A stretch of 64,000 nt of DNA from Thermoproteota archaeon (GTDB lineage: Archaea; Thermoproteota; Methanomethylicia; Methanomethylicales; Methanomethylicaceae): NCBI GenBank assembly GCA_020832905.1, contig JAJHRG010000001.1, positions 360,617 through 424,616 on the forward strand, given 5' to 3'. Each line of letters opens with the position of its first letter. The stretch's first letter is position 1. The notes under the pieces are model-generated. The model was not told where the DNA came from, made no database searches, and saw nothing but the letters and a program-made list of their open reading frames with translations. The position numbers were made by a program, and so were the translations under genes. This document shows positions 1 to 9,992 of the stretch, one piece after another.

Positions 1-66
1 GTAACAGAAGAAAATCGTTCCTTTATTGCAAGCAAAATAGTAGATTACTTCTTAAGGTGATATGAA

Positions 67-1245
67 TTGAATATTATACAGATAAAAGAAGGAAGAACTA
101 TTTTATTTGTACCAAATTTTAAGGAATATGAAAGAAAGGGAACATATGTTCCTTCTCAAGCTAAAGTTTTTTATAATCCAAAAATGGAATTTTGTAGAGA
201 CATAGGTGTATTATTTTTAAGAGAATTTTCAAAAATAATTAATCAGGAAATTATTATTTGTGATCCTCTTGCAGGTGTTGGAAGTAGAGGAATAAGATAT
301 GCAAATGAAGTAAAAGGAGTTAAGAAGAGTATAGTGAATGATATAAATAAAGATGCTATTCCAATTATAATTCAAAATATAAAGATTAATAATTTAGAAG
401 GTATTGTTGAAGTAGAATGTAAAGATGCTAATTTACTTTTAATTGAATATGCAAAAACAAAATCAAGATTTAACTTTATTGATCTTGATCCATTTGGTAG
501 TCCAATACCCTTTATTACTTCTGCTATTAAGGCTTTAAAAAATCATGGGGTTATAGCAATTACTGCTACTGATACTCCTGCACTTTGTGGTATATATCCA
601 AAAGCCTGTTTAAGAAAGTATGGTGCTTTAAGTATTAAGACTGATTTTTGTCATGAAGTTGGATTAAGAGTATTACTTAGTAGTTTAGTATATGCAGCTA
701 TAAAAGAAGATTTTGGTATTGAAGTATTATTATCATATAGTACAGATTATTACTTTAGAGCTTATGTACAATTTCATCTTGGTGCTAAAAAAGCAGATAA
801 TTCAGTTTCTATGTTAGGTTATATTTCATATTGTAAGAATTGTTTATGGAGAGAAGTATTTTCACTTTATGATAAACTTAAATATACATGTCCATTTTGC
901 TCAAAGGATACTTACATAATAGGTCCAATATGGTGTGGTCCTATAATTAAAAAGGAATTAGTATTATCACTTATAAAAGAAGATCTTTCTGATTTTAATA
1001 CTAGGAAAAGAATTGAGAAATTATTAAATTTATTACTTGATGAATATGATATGCCAATTTACTATTACTTAGTAGATGATATTGCTAGTAAATTAAAAGT
1101 TTCAACACCTTCAGTTCAAATAATAATTGAAAAATTAAAAGAACTAGGTTATAAAGCATCAAGAACTCATTTTAATCCAAAGGGCATAAAAAGTAATGCA
1201 CCATATGATATAATTACTAATGTAATTAAAAAGCTTGGAAAATAA
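67..1245 (+). CDS. trm1: tRNA (guanine26-N2)-dimethyltransferase Trm1
   Basis: 392 aa. Trm1-family motifs DPLAGVGSRGIRYA and IDLDPFGSP are present, and the C-terminal region is Cys-rich. Probable TTG start preceded by an aggtga SD-like sequence. Confidence 0.8.
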   Translation: MNIIQIKEGRTILFVPNFKEYERKGTYVPSQAKVFYNPKMEFCRDIGVLFLREFSKIINQEIIICDPLAGVGSRGIRYANEVKGVKKSIVNDINKDAIPIIIQNIKINNLEGIVEVECKDANLLLIEYAKTKSRFNFIDLDPFGSPIPFITSAIKALKNHGVIAITATDTPALCGIYPKACLRKYGALSIKTDFCHEVGLRVLLSSLVYAAIKEDFGIEVLLSYSTDYYFRAYVQFHLGAKKADNSVSMLGYISYCKNCLWREVFSLYDKLKYTCPFCSKDTYIIGPIWCGPIIKKELVLSLIKEDLSDFNTRKRIEKLLNLLLDEYDMPIYYYLVDDIASKLKVSTPSVQIIIEKLKELGYKASRTHFNPKGIKSNAPYDIITNVIKKLGK

Positions 1246-1292
1246 CAAAAATTTTTTATTTTCGAATTTTTTAAACCAAATTGTGAATAGTT

Positions 1293-1451
1293 ATGCCATC
1301 ACATGGTTCTCTTACTAAAGCAGGAAAGGTTAGATCACAAACACCAAAAATACCAGCAAAGGAGAAAAAAGGATTAAGACCAATTCATAGAAATAGAAGA
1401 AATTACATTAGAAGAATTCTCTATGCAAAAAAAGAAGTACAATCCCAATAA
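1293..1451 (+). CDS. rps30e: ribosomal protein S30e, a short ORF absent from the supplied ORF track
   Basis: Manual translation gives [52 protein letters not shown] (52 aa). This matches the conserved S30e N-terminus (HGSLxKAGKVRxQTPKV) and is highly basic. Confidence 0.7.
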   Translation: MPSHGSLTKAGKVRSQTPKIPAKEKKGLRPIHRNRRNYIRRILYAKKEVQSQ

Positions 1452-1526
1452 ACCAATAGTTAAGTTTATATACTTCTTTCTTTTCCTCAATTGTAGAATA
1501 TCTGATAGGAGGATCTTGAAGTAAAA

Positions 1527-1892
1527 GTGGTAGCTACATCTCAAATAGTTGGAAAGCATGTATATGGTAATTTATACGACTGTGATCCAGCAATTCTTGA
1601 TGACGAAAACTTCATGAAAAATATTGTCATAGATGCTGCAAAAATTGCAAAAATGAATATTTGGGATATAAAAGTATGGAGATTTGGTGGTGAAAAAGGC
1701 GGTATTTCTGTAATTGCACTTATCTTAGAAAGTCATATAGCAATTCATACTTGGAAGGAATTTAATTATGTAACAGTAGACATTTTCACATGTGGAGAAA
1801 AAAGTGATCCAGAATTAGCTTTTGATTATATAGTTTCAAAGATAAATCCAAAGCGTATTACTAAAGGCTTCATTAATCGTTCTAATATCTAA
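1527..1892 (+). CDS. pyruvoyl-dependent decarboxylase proenzyme of the SpeH family, either S-adenosylmethionine decarboxylase or the crenarchaeal arginine decarboxylase paralog
   Basis: 121 aa. Carries the class-1b AdoMetDC self-cleavage site context LILESHIAIHTWKE (Glu-Ser cleavage). A ggagg SD-like sequence lies upstream. Confidence 0.7.
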   Translation: MVATSQIVGKHVYGNLYDCDPAILDDENFMKNIVIDAAKIAKMNIWDIKVWRFGGEKGGISVIALILESHIAIHTWKEFNYVTVDIFTCGEKSDPELAFDYIVSKINPKRITKGFINRSNI

Positions 1893-1909
1893 TTTTTTCT
1901 ATTTATTTT

Positions 1910-3352
1910 TTAGTATGATCTTGCTACTCTTATCCAATTATTTGCAGGAAGATTGCAATTAGCACATGAACCAGATGGTTTTTCATTTAGCTCATAAGGT
2001 ACACCAAGTACTCTTACATCTACTTTATTTTCAATATCTTGACCACATGTATCTCTTCCACACCATGGAATCTCAATTATTCCTCCTTTTTCACTTAGAA
2101 TTTCCTTCACTTTTTCAAGTTTATATTCTCTCAAAATATGTTCATTAAGCCATTTTTTTGCTCTTTCCTTTAAGCTCATATCAACTTCTTCTAATAATTT
2201 TCTTATTTCTTCAATAATTTTATCTCTACTTATTGTAATCTTCTGTAAGTTATCTCTTCTTACTAAAACTACTGTTTTATTTTCAATATCTCTTGGTCCT
2301 ATTTCTATTCTTATAGGAACTCCTCTTAGCTCCCACTTAAAATACTTACTTCCAGGAGTTTCTTCTTTTTCATCATCTAAGTATACTCTTAAACTAGATT
2401 TTTCTAATATTTCCTTAATTTCTTTACAAATATTTAATACATCTTCTTTGCCTTTATAAATTATTGGTATTATAACTACTTGAATAGGAGCAATCATACT
2501 TGGTAATATAAGGCCATGATCATCTCCATGTATAGAAATTAATGCTGCAATTACTCTTTCAGAAATTCCATAACAAGTTTGCCATACATATTCATACTTT
2601 CCATCAGCTCTCATATACTTTATATCAAATGCTTTTGCAAAATTTTGTCCAAGAAAATGAACAGTTCCAATTTGTAATGTTCTTCCATCTGGCATTATTG
2701 TATCAAATGCTATAGAATATTCTGCACCAGGGAATTTATCCCAAGAAGGTCTTATTGATATTACATATGGAATTCCTAATTTTTCAAAAAATGCTTTATA
2801 AATTTCTATTCCTTCTTTTACTTGTTTTTCTGCATCTTCTTTTGTAGCATGTGCTGTATGAGCTTCTTTAAATGTTGAAATCTCTCTTACTCTTATCATT
2901 GGTTTTGTTGCTTTTGTTTCATATCTAAATACATTAACAATTTGAAAAATTTTTAATGGAAGATCAGAATAACTTTTTATCCATAATTGAAACATTGGAT
3001 AAATTGAAGTTTCACTAGTAGGTCTAAGAGCAAGCTTAACATCAAGTAAAGAATCACCAGCATGAGTTATCCAAAATACTTGATCTTCAAAACTTCTTAT
3101 ATGTTCACTTTCTTTTCTTATCATATAATCTGGTATAAGTGTTGGAAATAATACTTCCTCATGTCCTCTTTTTACTAATTCCTCTCTTATAATTTCAATT
3201 ACTTTTTGCCTAATCTTAAATCCATATGGCATCCAAATACCAGTTCCTTTTACAGGATATCTAGTATCATAAATTGGAACTTCAAAAATAACTCTATGAA
3301 ACCATTCACTAAAGTTTTTTGACCACTGATTTCTTTCAGGCAATTTCATCAC
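1910..3352 (-). CDS. proS: prolyl-tRNA synthetase, archaeal/eukaryotic type
   Basis: 480 aa. Class II aaRS core with ProRS-like anticodon-binding domain and a C-terminal Cys-containing Zn-binding domain typical of archaeal ProRS. Confidence 0.9.
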   Translation of the reverse strand: MMKLPERNQWSKNFSEWFHRVIFEVPIYDTRYPVKGTGIWMPYGFKIRQKVIEIIREELVKRGHEEVLFPTLIPDYMIRKESEHIRSFEDQVFWITHAGDSLLDVKLALRPTSETSIYPMFQLWIKSYSDLPLKIFQIVNVFRYETKATKPMIRVREISTFKEAHTAHATKEDAEKQVKEGIEIYKAFFEKLGIPYVISIRPSWDKFPGAEYSIAFDTIMPDGRTLQIGTVHFLGQNFAKAFDIKYMRADGKYEYVWQTCYGISERVIAALISIHGDDHGLILPSMIAPIQVVIIPIIYKGKEDVLNICKEIKEILEKSSLRVYLDDEKEETPGSKYFKWELRGVPIRIEIGPRDIENKTVVLVRRDNLQKITISRDKIIEEIRKLLEEVDMSLKERAKKWLNEHILREYKLEKVKEILSEKGGIIEIPWCGRDTCGQDIENKVDVRVLGVPYELNEKPSGSCANCNLPANNWIRVARSY

Positions 3353-4594
3353 CTATTTAATGTAATCTTCTAAAGTTCTTTTTCTTCTTTTTATTAAAAA
3401 ATCTACTTCAATTTCTCCATATTTTCCATCATATCCTGGAATAATTTTTATACTATTTCTTCTATTCATCATTATTAATTCTGTTAATTCTTCTCCACAT
3501 ACTTTTTTTAAATTTTCTTCAGGTTCTTCTAGAAGTACTTTTAATTCATTACCAAATTCATTAACTATTTCCCAATATTTCTTTTGTACTTCATTTGAAA
3601 AACTCTCCTTTCTAAGTACAACAGAAATTAAGTCAATAAGAGGAAGTATTTTCAAAAAATTTTGTCTATCACTAGGTCCTTCTCCTTCTTCTCTATCTGC
3701 TAACTCTTCAACTCTTTCTGCAACACCTTTTGTCATTTTTTTCCCACATACTGGACAAATTCCTTTAAGTTTTTTTGCTTCTTTTGGTGGAAACGATACT
3801 CCACATTTCCTATGACCAGTCCAATGATATTTTCCATATGCTGGATCAACTTCTATTGTTTCTACTTTACATTTATTAAACATTATTGTCTTAATGATTT
3901 CATTATAGCTTAATTCTTTTACTTCTATTATGTTTGCTTCTCTTCCAATTTTTAATAAACTATGACTATCACTATTTGATACTAAGGTATATGAATCTAA
4001 AGCACTTACTCTCCAATTCATTGGAGGATCTGATGAAAGTCCTGTTTCTATTGCATAAATATGTGATGTTTGATCTTCATAACATTCCTCAATACTATCA
4101 ACTCCTCCTCTATCTCCAAAAAGAGAAAACCAAGGAGTCCATATATGAGCAGGAATTATCATACAATCTTCTCCAAATTCCATAACTTCTTCTACTAATT
4201 GAGCTCCAGTCATTAATAAATTTGGTCTTCCATCAGATTTAAGATCACCATAAATTGATAATCTATTTGAAAGTTCTTCAGCTACTTCAATAGAAGGTAG
4301 TATAATTAAATGATGAATTCTTCTTGTCTTTCCTTTATATTTAAAAGTTGTACAAACTTCTCCACTAATTATAAATCTTGTCTTTCCTTTCTCTAATCTA
4401 TAAAGTCCATTTTCTTCAATAAGCTTTTTTATTTCTTCTCTCCATTTTGGATGTGTAAAATCTCCTGTTCCAACAACATCTATTCCTTTTACTGAGGCTA
4501 TTCTATCTATATTTTCAATTTTCATTTCTTCACTACTTGCTCTACTATAACAGCTATGTATATGTAAATCAACTACTATTTTCATATAATTCAA
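3353..4594 (-). CDS. PHP-family metal-dependent phosphoesterase with a C-terminal Zn ribbon
   Basis: 413 aa. N-terminal PHP motif VVDLHIHSCYSRAS and a downstream CPVCGKKMTKG Zn ribbon. Its stop abuts the proS start, suggesting a shared operon. Confidence 0.65.
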   Translation of the reverse strand: MNYMKIVVDLHIHSCYSRASSEEMKIENIDRIASVKGIDVVGTGDFTHPKWREEIKKLIEENGLYRLEKGKTRFIISGEVCTTFKYKGKTRRIHHLIILPSIEVAEELSNRLSIYGDLKSDGRPNLLMTGAQLVEEVMEFGEDCMIIPAHIWTPWFSLFGDRGGVDSIEECYEDQTSHIYAIETGLSSDPPMNWRVSALDSYTLVSNSDSHSLLKIGREANIIEVKELSYNEIIKTIMFNKCKVETIEVDPAYGKYHWTGHRKCGVSFPPKEAKKLKGICPVCGKKMTKGVAERVEELADREEGEGPSDRQNFLKILPLIDLISVVLRKESFSNEVQKKYWEIVNEFGNELKVLLEEPEENLKKVCGEELTELIMMNRRNSIKIIPGYDGKYGEIEVDFLIKRRKRTLEDYIK

Positions 4595-4648
4595 AAATTA
4601 TTAATACTACCTGGAAATATATATGTTAATAATACGAGTTGAACAGCC

Positions 4649-4933
4649 ATGGCCCCTCCTTTATTTACACGACTTTACATTAATGGTCAAGTACTTTATG
4701 AAAAAGTAAAAGAAATTGCAAAAAATCAAAATTATGAAATTACTTATGAAGATTCTATAAATAAAATTCTTCATATTCATAAAAAAGCTCATGGTAGAAC
4801 AATTCATTTAATTATCTATATTGGTGATGGAAAAGATAGAAGTTTAGCTATAGATGTAAAACCTGGCTATGAAGGATTATCTATGGATTATGGAAGAAGA
4901 TTTCTTGAAGAAATTAAAAAAGTAGCTAGGTGA
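4649..4933 (+). CDS. hypothetical protein, with weak resemblance to half of a GNAT fold
   Basis: 94 aa, non-low-complexity ORF immediately upstream of the Mrp/hydrogenase string. No confident motif. Confidence 0.35.
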   Translation: MAPPLFTRLYINGQVLYEKVKEIAKNQNYEITYEDSINKILHIHKKAHGRTIHLIIYIGDGKDRSLAIDVKPGYEGLSMDYGRRFLEEIKKVAR

Positions 4934-4937
4934 TATT

Positions 4938-5243
4938 ATGAGTTTCTTTTGGGGAATTCGTTTTTGGTTAAGACTAATAAGAGAAATATTAGCATGTATA
5001 ATAGATGTAAGTAAAAGATGTTTAAATGGTGATATTGATCCAGTAATTCAATCAGTAGATTCAATATTAGCTAAACCAATTTCTCAAACAATGTTAGCTA
5101 ATAGTATAACATATACACCTGGTACTGTTACTATAGATGTAAATGTATCAGAAAAGCGTATATTTGTAGGTGCTATTAATCCAAGAAAAAGAGAAGAAAT
5201 AATTCCATTAGAACCATATGTAGAAAGGTGGCTTGGAAAATGA
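4938..5243 (+). CDS. Mrp/Mbh-type antiporter-module subunit, MrpE/MbhA-like
   Basis: 101 aa with an ITYTPGTVTIDV motif resembling the MrpE TPGT signature. First gene of a translationally coupled membrane-subunit string. Confidence 0.55.
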   Translation: MSFFWGIRFWLRLIREILACIIDVSKRCLNGDIDPVIQSVDSILAKPISQTMLANSITYTPGTVTIDVNVSEKRIFVGAINPRKREEIIPLEPYVERWLGK

Positions 5244-5542
5244 TTGATGCATTAGTATTAGAAAAAATTGCAGATTTAACTTTCTTCTTTGGAGCATTTA
5301 TATTCATGATAGCAACAGCTTTTGCTGGACTAGGTGCTTTAAGACTTGCTCTTAAAGGTGAAACTGTTACATCACTTATGGGAGTAAGTGCTCTAACTAC
5401 AGCTGCTGGTGTAAGCTTATATATAATACAAATTATATTTGAAGTGGAATTTGCTAGAGATACAGCAATAGCTTTATTAATTCTTGGATCAGTTGGTACT
5501 ATAATATTTGCAAGATTATTTAGAATGGAGGAAGGAGAATGA
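5228..5542 (+). CDS. Mrp/Mbh-type small membrane subunit, MrpF/MbhB-like
   Basis: 104 aa, three predicted TM helices, overlapping start-stop coupling with its neighbours. Confidence 0.5.
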   Translation: MAWKMIDALVLEKIADLTFFFGAFIFMIATAFAGLGALRLALKGETVTSLMGVSALTTAAGVSLYIIQIIFEVEFARDTAIALLILGSVGTIIFARLFRMEEGE

Positions 5543-6018
5543 TATCTGAACTTTTTGTAGTAATATATGCAATTATTATAATTGGATTTGTGGCATGGAA
5601 TATAAAAAAAGGATCATTTGTCATAGAGCCTAGTAAGTTAGTAATTGCTATTATAATATTATCAATAATTGCTACAATTATATTAAGTCGTAATATTGAT
5701 ATTTATGTTACTATTCGTTCTATTGCAAAAATTTTAGCTGGTGGTATAATGTTTGCTGGAGTTTTACCTATGATTTCTGCAGGAATTGGTTTATTTAGAT
5801 TTGGTGATGAATATGGTCCAAATATTTTCTATGCTAGAAATCATATTACTGGTGTTATTGATACTACAGCTTCTCTTGTTATGATTTTTGCTGGTTTATT
5901 AATATTTAGATTAGATTTAGTTGCTGTAGGATTTTTCTTCTTTATATTAATACCATATGTTGGTAATGCTTTAGCTAATGCTTATTATTATTCATATCAA
6001 AGGAGGTTAAAAGAATGA
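5539..6018 (+). CDS. Mrp/Mbh-type membrane subunit, MrpG/MbhC-like
   Basis: 159 aa hydrophobic protein with a 4-nt overlap with the flanking genes. Confidence 0.5.
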   Translation: MISELFVVIYAIIIIGFVAWNIKKGSFVIEPSKLVIAIIILSIIATIILSRNIDIYVTIRSIAKILAGGIMFAGVLPMISAGIGLFRFGDEYGPNIFYARNHITGVIDTTASLVMIFAGLLIFRLDLVAVGFFFFILIPYVGNALANAYYYSYQRRLKE

Positions 6019-6278
6019 TAGAATTATCTTCAAGTTTCATGATAACTGCATATGTTATGTTAATTGCAATAACTATTGGTGCTATTGCTGCTTTACTTCA
6101 AAAAGATCTATTAAGAGCTGCTTTTATTTCTGGAGCAGAAAGTATTGCTCTTGCTTTCTTTTTCCAAGCTTTACTTGCACCAGATTTAGGATTAACACAA
6201 GCAATTGTTGGTACAGTTCTTTTGCCAGGAATTATAATTCTTGGTATATTTAAAACAAGGAGGACTGAAGAAGAATGA
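6015..6278 (+). CDS. Mrp/Mbh-type small membrane subunit
   Basis: 87 aa, two to three TM helices, coupled starts. Confidence 0.45.
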   Translation: MIELSSSFMITAYVMLIAITIGAIAALLQKDLLRAAFISGAESIALAFFFQALLAPDLGLTQAIVGTVLLPGIIILGIFKTRRTEEE

Positions 6279-6649
6279 TTGAAGTTACTATACAATTACT
6301 AGGATTTATTGCAGCAGCAATACTTATTGTAGTAGGTATAGGAGGAATGTTATTCTTAGATAATTTAATTAAAAAAATAATTGCATTTACATTACTTTCA
6401 GATGGTGTTAATTTATTACTTGTTGCACTTGCATATAGAGAAGGAGGAATAGTTCCTATTTTACTACCTGGTATGTCTATATCTGATTTTACTTCAAGAG
6501 CAATTTTAGTTTTTCCTGCAGGAATAGTTTTAACCAATATAGTAATAGGTGTAAGTACTACAGCTATACTTGTAGCTTTAGTTATAATGCTTTATAGAAG
6601 ATATGGAACTTTAAAAGCTTCTGTTATATTAAAAGGTGAAAGAAGATGA
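6275..6649 (+). CDS. MrpC/NuoK-like membrane subunit
   Basis: 124 aa. The three-TM pattern and sequence IAFTLLSDGVNLLLVALAY resemble NuoK/MrpC. Confidence 0.6.
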   Translation: MIEVTIQLLGFIAAAILIVVGIGGMLFLDNLIKKIIAFTLLSDGVNLLLVALAYREGGIVPILLPGMSISDFTSRAILVFPAGIVLTNIVIGVSTTAILVALVIMLYRRYGTLKASVILKGERR

Positions 6650-8142
6650 TAGAAAGTATTTCAAATCTTTGGTCAATTCCATTATTAGTAATAATTCCTA
6701 TGTTAACAGCTATAATAGTAAACTTCCTTTATGATAAAGCTATAAAACCTATTGCTATTTCTTCTGCTATAGTAATATTAATAATCTCTATAATTTCACC
6801 TTATGGTTATCATTGGTTCTGTGGACATCCTGCTTTAAATCCAGAGACTTTAACATTTACATTTAATCCTAATATTTTTGGATATAAGCTTTCATTAGAA
6901 TTTATTTTTGGTCCTTTACAGCATATAATGATCTTTATATCATCTTTAATATTACTTTTCTGTGTTATATTATCAACAATAGGATTAACAAAACATCAAG
7001 GTCCATATATAGCTTTATTATTCCTTCTTTTCATGTCTTCTGCTATAGTAATAATGGTAAATGATCTTTATCATTTATGGATTGCTGTAGAAATAGGTAG
7101 TCTTATAGTAGTTGGTGTAGCTGCAGCTTCTGGTACAAGTATTAGTCATAAGGCTGCTTTAAAATATGGTTTATTTTCTGCTATAAGTGGAGCTGGATTA
7201 GCTGTCTCATTGGCATTAATACTTGGATTAACAGGATTTGCAAATATTTCAGATGCTATAATGTATTTAAAGCAATTTAATATTGGAGAAATGTCTACTG
7301 TTTTGTATATAGCATTTGGATTTTTTGTACTTTCTTGGATGTATGCAGGAGGATTAGCTCCTATTCATCCACTAAAATCTGAAGTTTATGGAGCTTCATA
7401 TCCTCATGCTACTACATTATTACAAGCTCAATCAAAACTTATGCTTGTAGCTATAGGTATTATAATGCTTCGTTTATTTGGTATGCTTCCTTTTGTAAAA
7501 GAAGTTATGATTTTTCTTAGTGTTATAACAATGATGATTGGTGTAATAATGGCTTTGATACAAATAGATTTCAGATGGATTATTGCTTATTTAATAATAA
7601 GTCATAGTGGTTTTGTAACTTTAGGTATAGGACTTGGTACTTATGAAGGATTAATTGGAGGAATATTTCAAGCAGTAAATGATATAATATATATGACTAT
7701 ATTACTACTTTGTTGTGAAGCATTATTTTACTTTGGAGGAAAAACTTCAACAAAAGAAGCTTATGGTATTGCAAAGAAATCACCTTTTATTGCTACAGCA
7801 ACAATATTAGGTGCTATTGCAGCTTCAGGTATACCACCATTTAATGGTTTTCAAAGTGAAATAATATTAATTCAAGCATGCTTAAAAGAAGGTTTTCCAG
7901 AAATTGCTGTTTTAATACTTATGGTATCAGTAACTACATTTATTGCTTTATTAAGAGGAATTTATAGGATATTCTTAAAGCCACCTGAATTACAAAGTTA
8001 TGATGATTCTAATGTTGATTTACCAAAAGTTCTTATTATTGGTATTATTATATTTATTGTTCTCTCAATTATAATAGGTATATATCCTGATATTGTATTG
8101 AGATTCATTATTCCAGTAGTAAAGGAGGTTCTTTCAATATGA
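6646..8142 (+). CDS. MrpD/NuoL/NuoN-like proton- or sodium-translocating antiporter subunit, MbhH-like
   Basis: 498 aa polytopic membrane protein with the length and conserved mid-region typical of the MrpD/complex-I antiporter-like family. Confidence 0.75.
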   Translation: MIESISNLWSIPLLVIIPMLTAIIVNFLYDKAIKPIAISSAIVILIISIISPYGYHWFCGHPALNPETLTFTFNPNIFGYKLSLEFIFGPLQHIMIFISSLILLFCVILSTIGLTKHQGPYIALLFLLFMSSAIVIMVNDLYHLWIAVEIGSLIVVGVAAASGTSISHKAALKYGLFSAISGAGLAVSLALILGLTGFANISDAIMYLKQFNIGEMSTVLYIAFGFFVLSWMYAGGLAPIHPLKSEVYGASYPHATTLLQAQSKLMLVAIGIIMLRLFGMLPFVKEVMIFLSVITMMIGVIMALIQIDFRWIIAYLIISHSGFVTLGIGLGTYEGLIGGIFQAVNDIIYMTILLLCCEALFYFGGKTSTKEAYGIAKKSPFIATATILGAIAASGIPPFNGFQSEIILIQACLKEGFPEIAVLILMVSVTTFIALLRGIYRIFLKPPELQSYDDSNVDLPKVLIIGIIIFIVLSIIIGIYPDIVLRFIIPVVKEVLSI

Positions 8143-8465
8143 CATCAACTGAAACCTTTTATGAAAAATTAAAAAAATGGTTAGATAGTTTTATAACTGG
8201 AAGTGGTTATACAAGCATAACAACTGGATACATAACAGGAGAATTACAATTTTTACTATTCATAATAGTATTATCAGTATTCTTCAGATTATTTTCAATT
8301 CCATTAGCAATTATATTACTTATTTTTACTACAGTTTTTGCATTATATTTTTCACCAGTAATAAAAGATGTAGAAAAGGAAAATATGAATGATTTAAATA
8401 GAGTATTGTATTGGATGGTCATATACTTTGCAATTATAATCGCTATAACTCTATGGGGTGGATAA
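8139..8465 (+). CDS. small membrane subunit of the hydrogenase/Mrp module
   Basis: 108 aa, hydrophobic, coupled start. Confidence 0.4.
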   Translation: MTSTETFYEKLKKWLDSFITGSGYTSITTGYITGELQFLLFIIVLSVFFRLFSIPLAIILLIFTTVFALYFSPVIKDVEKENMNDLNRVLYWMVIYFAIIIAITLWGG

Positions 8466-9291
8466 TATGGAGGAATTAAAAGGAAAAAGAGGAATAATTG
8501 CATTAATAGCATTAATAATTATAACCATAGGATTTCTTTCTTCACTTATAAAATTAACAGGAAGAGTAAATCCTGGTATTAGTGAAGTATATAATGCACT
8601 TGCATATTTAGTTGCTCCAAATAATTTAGCTACATGGGTTTATGATTGGCGTGGTTTTGATACATTACTTGAAACTGCAGTAATATATGTTGGTGGATTA
8701 GTTTCTGCTCTTGCTATAGGAAGAGGAGTAGTACAAATGAAAAAATGTAAGCAAGAATCACCAGTTACCTCCAAACCCTTAGAATTCAGAACAGAATCTC
8801 TTACAGTAATATTAAAATATCTTGGAATTCCTGCATCAATTCTTCTCCTTTCATATGGTATAATGGTAGTAACTGGTTCTTCTACTTCTGGTGGTGGAGG
8901 ATTCCAATGTGGTGTAATAATGACATCTGGATACTTATTAGCTGCAATACTTTATGGAAAAGATACTCCAATAAAATTTGGAAAAAGATTCATAATAGGA
9001 ATTGGTGCAATCGGACTTGGTGGTTATGCATTATTAGGTCTTCCAGGTTATTTAGTAACAGGATATTGGCAATATAATATTGGTGCAGATGTATGGGGAT
9101 TAGCTCCTAGTATATTACATATAATATTTGGAGATCCATTTAGATTATCATTAATTTTAAAAGAAGGAGTATTTTATTCAACTCCTGGCATTATTCCATT
9201 AATAAATATTGCTGAAGCTTTTAATGTAATTGGTGCTATTGGTTTAATATATTTTGCATTCTTATATGGTTGGTCTGATGAAGGTGAATAA
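8458..9291 (+). CDS. membrane subunit of the hydrogenase/Mrp module, MrpB/MbhG-like
   Basis: 277 aa, multiple TM helices, Gly-rich loop SSTSGGGGF. Confidence 0.45.
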   Translation: MDNMEELKGKRGIIALIALIIITIGFLSSLIKLTGRVNPGISEVYNALAYLVAPNNLATWVYDWRGFDTLLETAVIYVGGLVSALAIGRGVVQMKKCKQESPVTSKPLEFRTESLTVILKYLGIPASILLLSYGIMVVTGSSTSGGGGFQCGVIMTSGYLLAAILYGKDTPIKFGKRFIIGIGAIGLGGYALLGLPGYLVTGYWQYNIGADVWGLAPSILHIIFGDPFRLSLILKEGVFYSTPGIIPLINIAEAFNVIGAIGLIYFAFLYGWSDEGE

Positions 9292-9550
9292 AATGATGCT
9301 TGGAGAAATTACTCCTTCTTTAATTGCTCTTATATTAGGTATAATCTTTGGTACACAATTAGATTATAAACTTACAAAAGGAATGATAATATTATTGATT
9401 AGTTTTAGTATAGTAGCTAGTTTACTATTTGGAGTTTTTACATTTACATATTCTATCTATGGAGGATATATTGCACCTGGTATAGGATTTTCTATGCCTT
9501 TAATTACTGCTACTATTGGTATTATTATAGGAAAATTATTAAAAGGGTGA
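9254..9550 (+). CDS. small membrane subunit of the hydrogenase/Mrp module
   Basis: 98 aa, three TM helices. Confidence 0.4.
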   Translation: MHSYMVGLMKVNKMMLGEITPSLIALILGIIFGTQLDYKLTKGMIILLISFSIVASLLFGVFTFTYSIYGGYIAPGIGFSMPLITATIGIIIGKLLKG

Positions 9551-9554
9551 TATT

Positions 9555-9992
9555 ATGTATCTTACAACTACTGATTGTGATAAATGTGGAAAATGCTGGG
9601 AAGTATGTCCTACTGATTGTATAATACATCCTGATGGCTATCCTTTTAGTTGTACTACTTGTGGTGAATGTTTAAAAGCATGTCCAGTTCATGCTATTAA
9701 ACGAAATAGATTTGGTGGATTATATGTAGATAGAAGAAGATGTACTCTTTGTGGTGAATGTGTTAAACATTGTCCATTTGGATTTGCTAAAATTGTATTT
9801 GATGAAAATTTAGGAAGAGAAGTTGTAAAAGGAATATGTGTAAGATGTGGAAAATGTGTAAAAGTATGTCCAAAAAATGCAAGATTTGATATAGGAAGAT
9901 ATATTCCTCATCCAATAGATTATTCATTTGTTCTTGAAATTACTACACCTGAAAAATTAAAAGAAATTCTTAAAGGAGTTGTTAGTAAATGA
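9555..9992 (+). CDS. polyferredoxin with four CxxCxxCxxxCP [4Fe-4S] motifs
   Basis: 145 aa containing CDKCGKCWEVCP, CTTCGECLKACP, CTLCGECVKHCP and CVRCGKCVKVCP. Confidence 0.8.
   Translation: MYLTTTDCDKCGKCWEVCPTDCIIHPDGYPFSCTTCGECLKACPVHAIKRNRFGGLYVDRRRCTLCGECVKHCPFGFAKIVFDENLGREVVKGICVRCGKCVKVCPKNARFDIGRYIPHPIDYSFVLEITTPEKLKEILKGVVSK

Noticed and set aside
1374-1559. A 61-aa minus-strand ORF.
   Set aside because: It is antisense to the clear S30e coding sequence and the speH upstream region, with a low-complexity translation. It is spurious.
6098-6537. Two minus-strand ORFs (65 and 95 aa) inside the Mrp membrane-subunit string.
   Set aside because: They are antisense to tightly coupled membrane-subunit genes. 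Hydrophobic antisense ORFs are expected in these regions.
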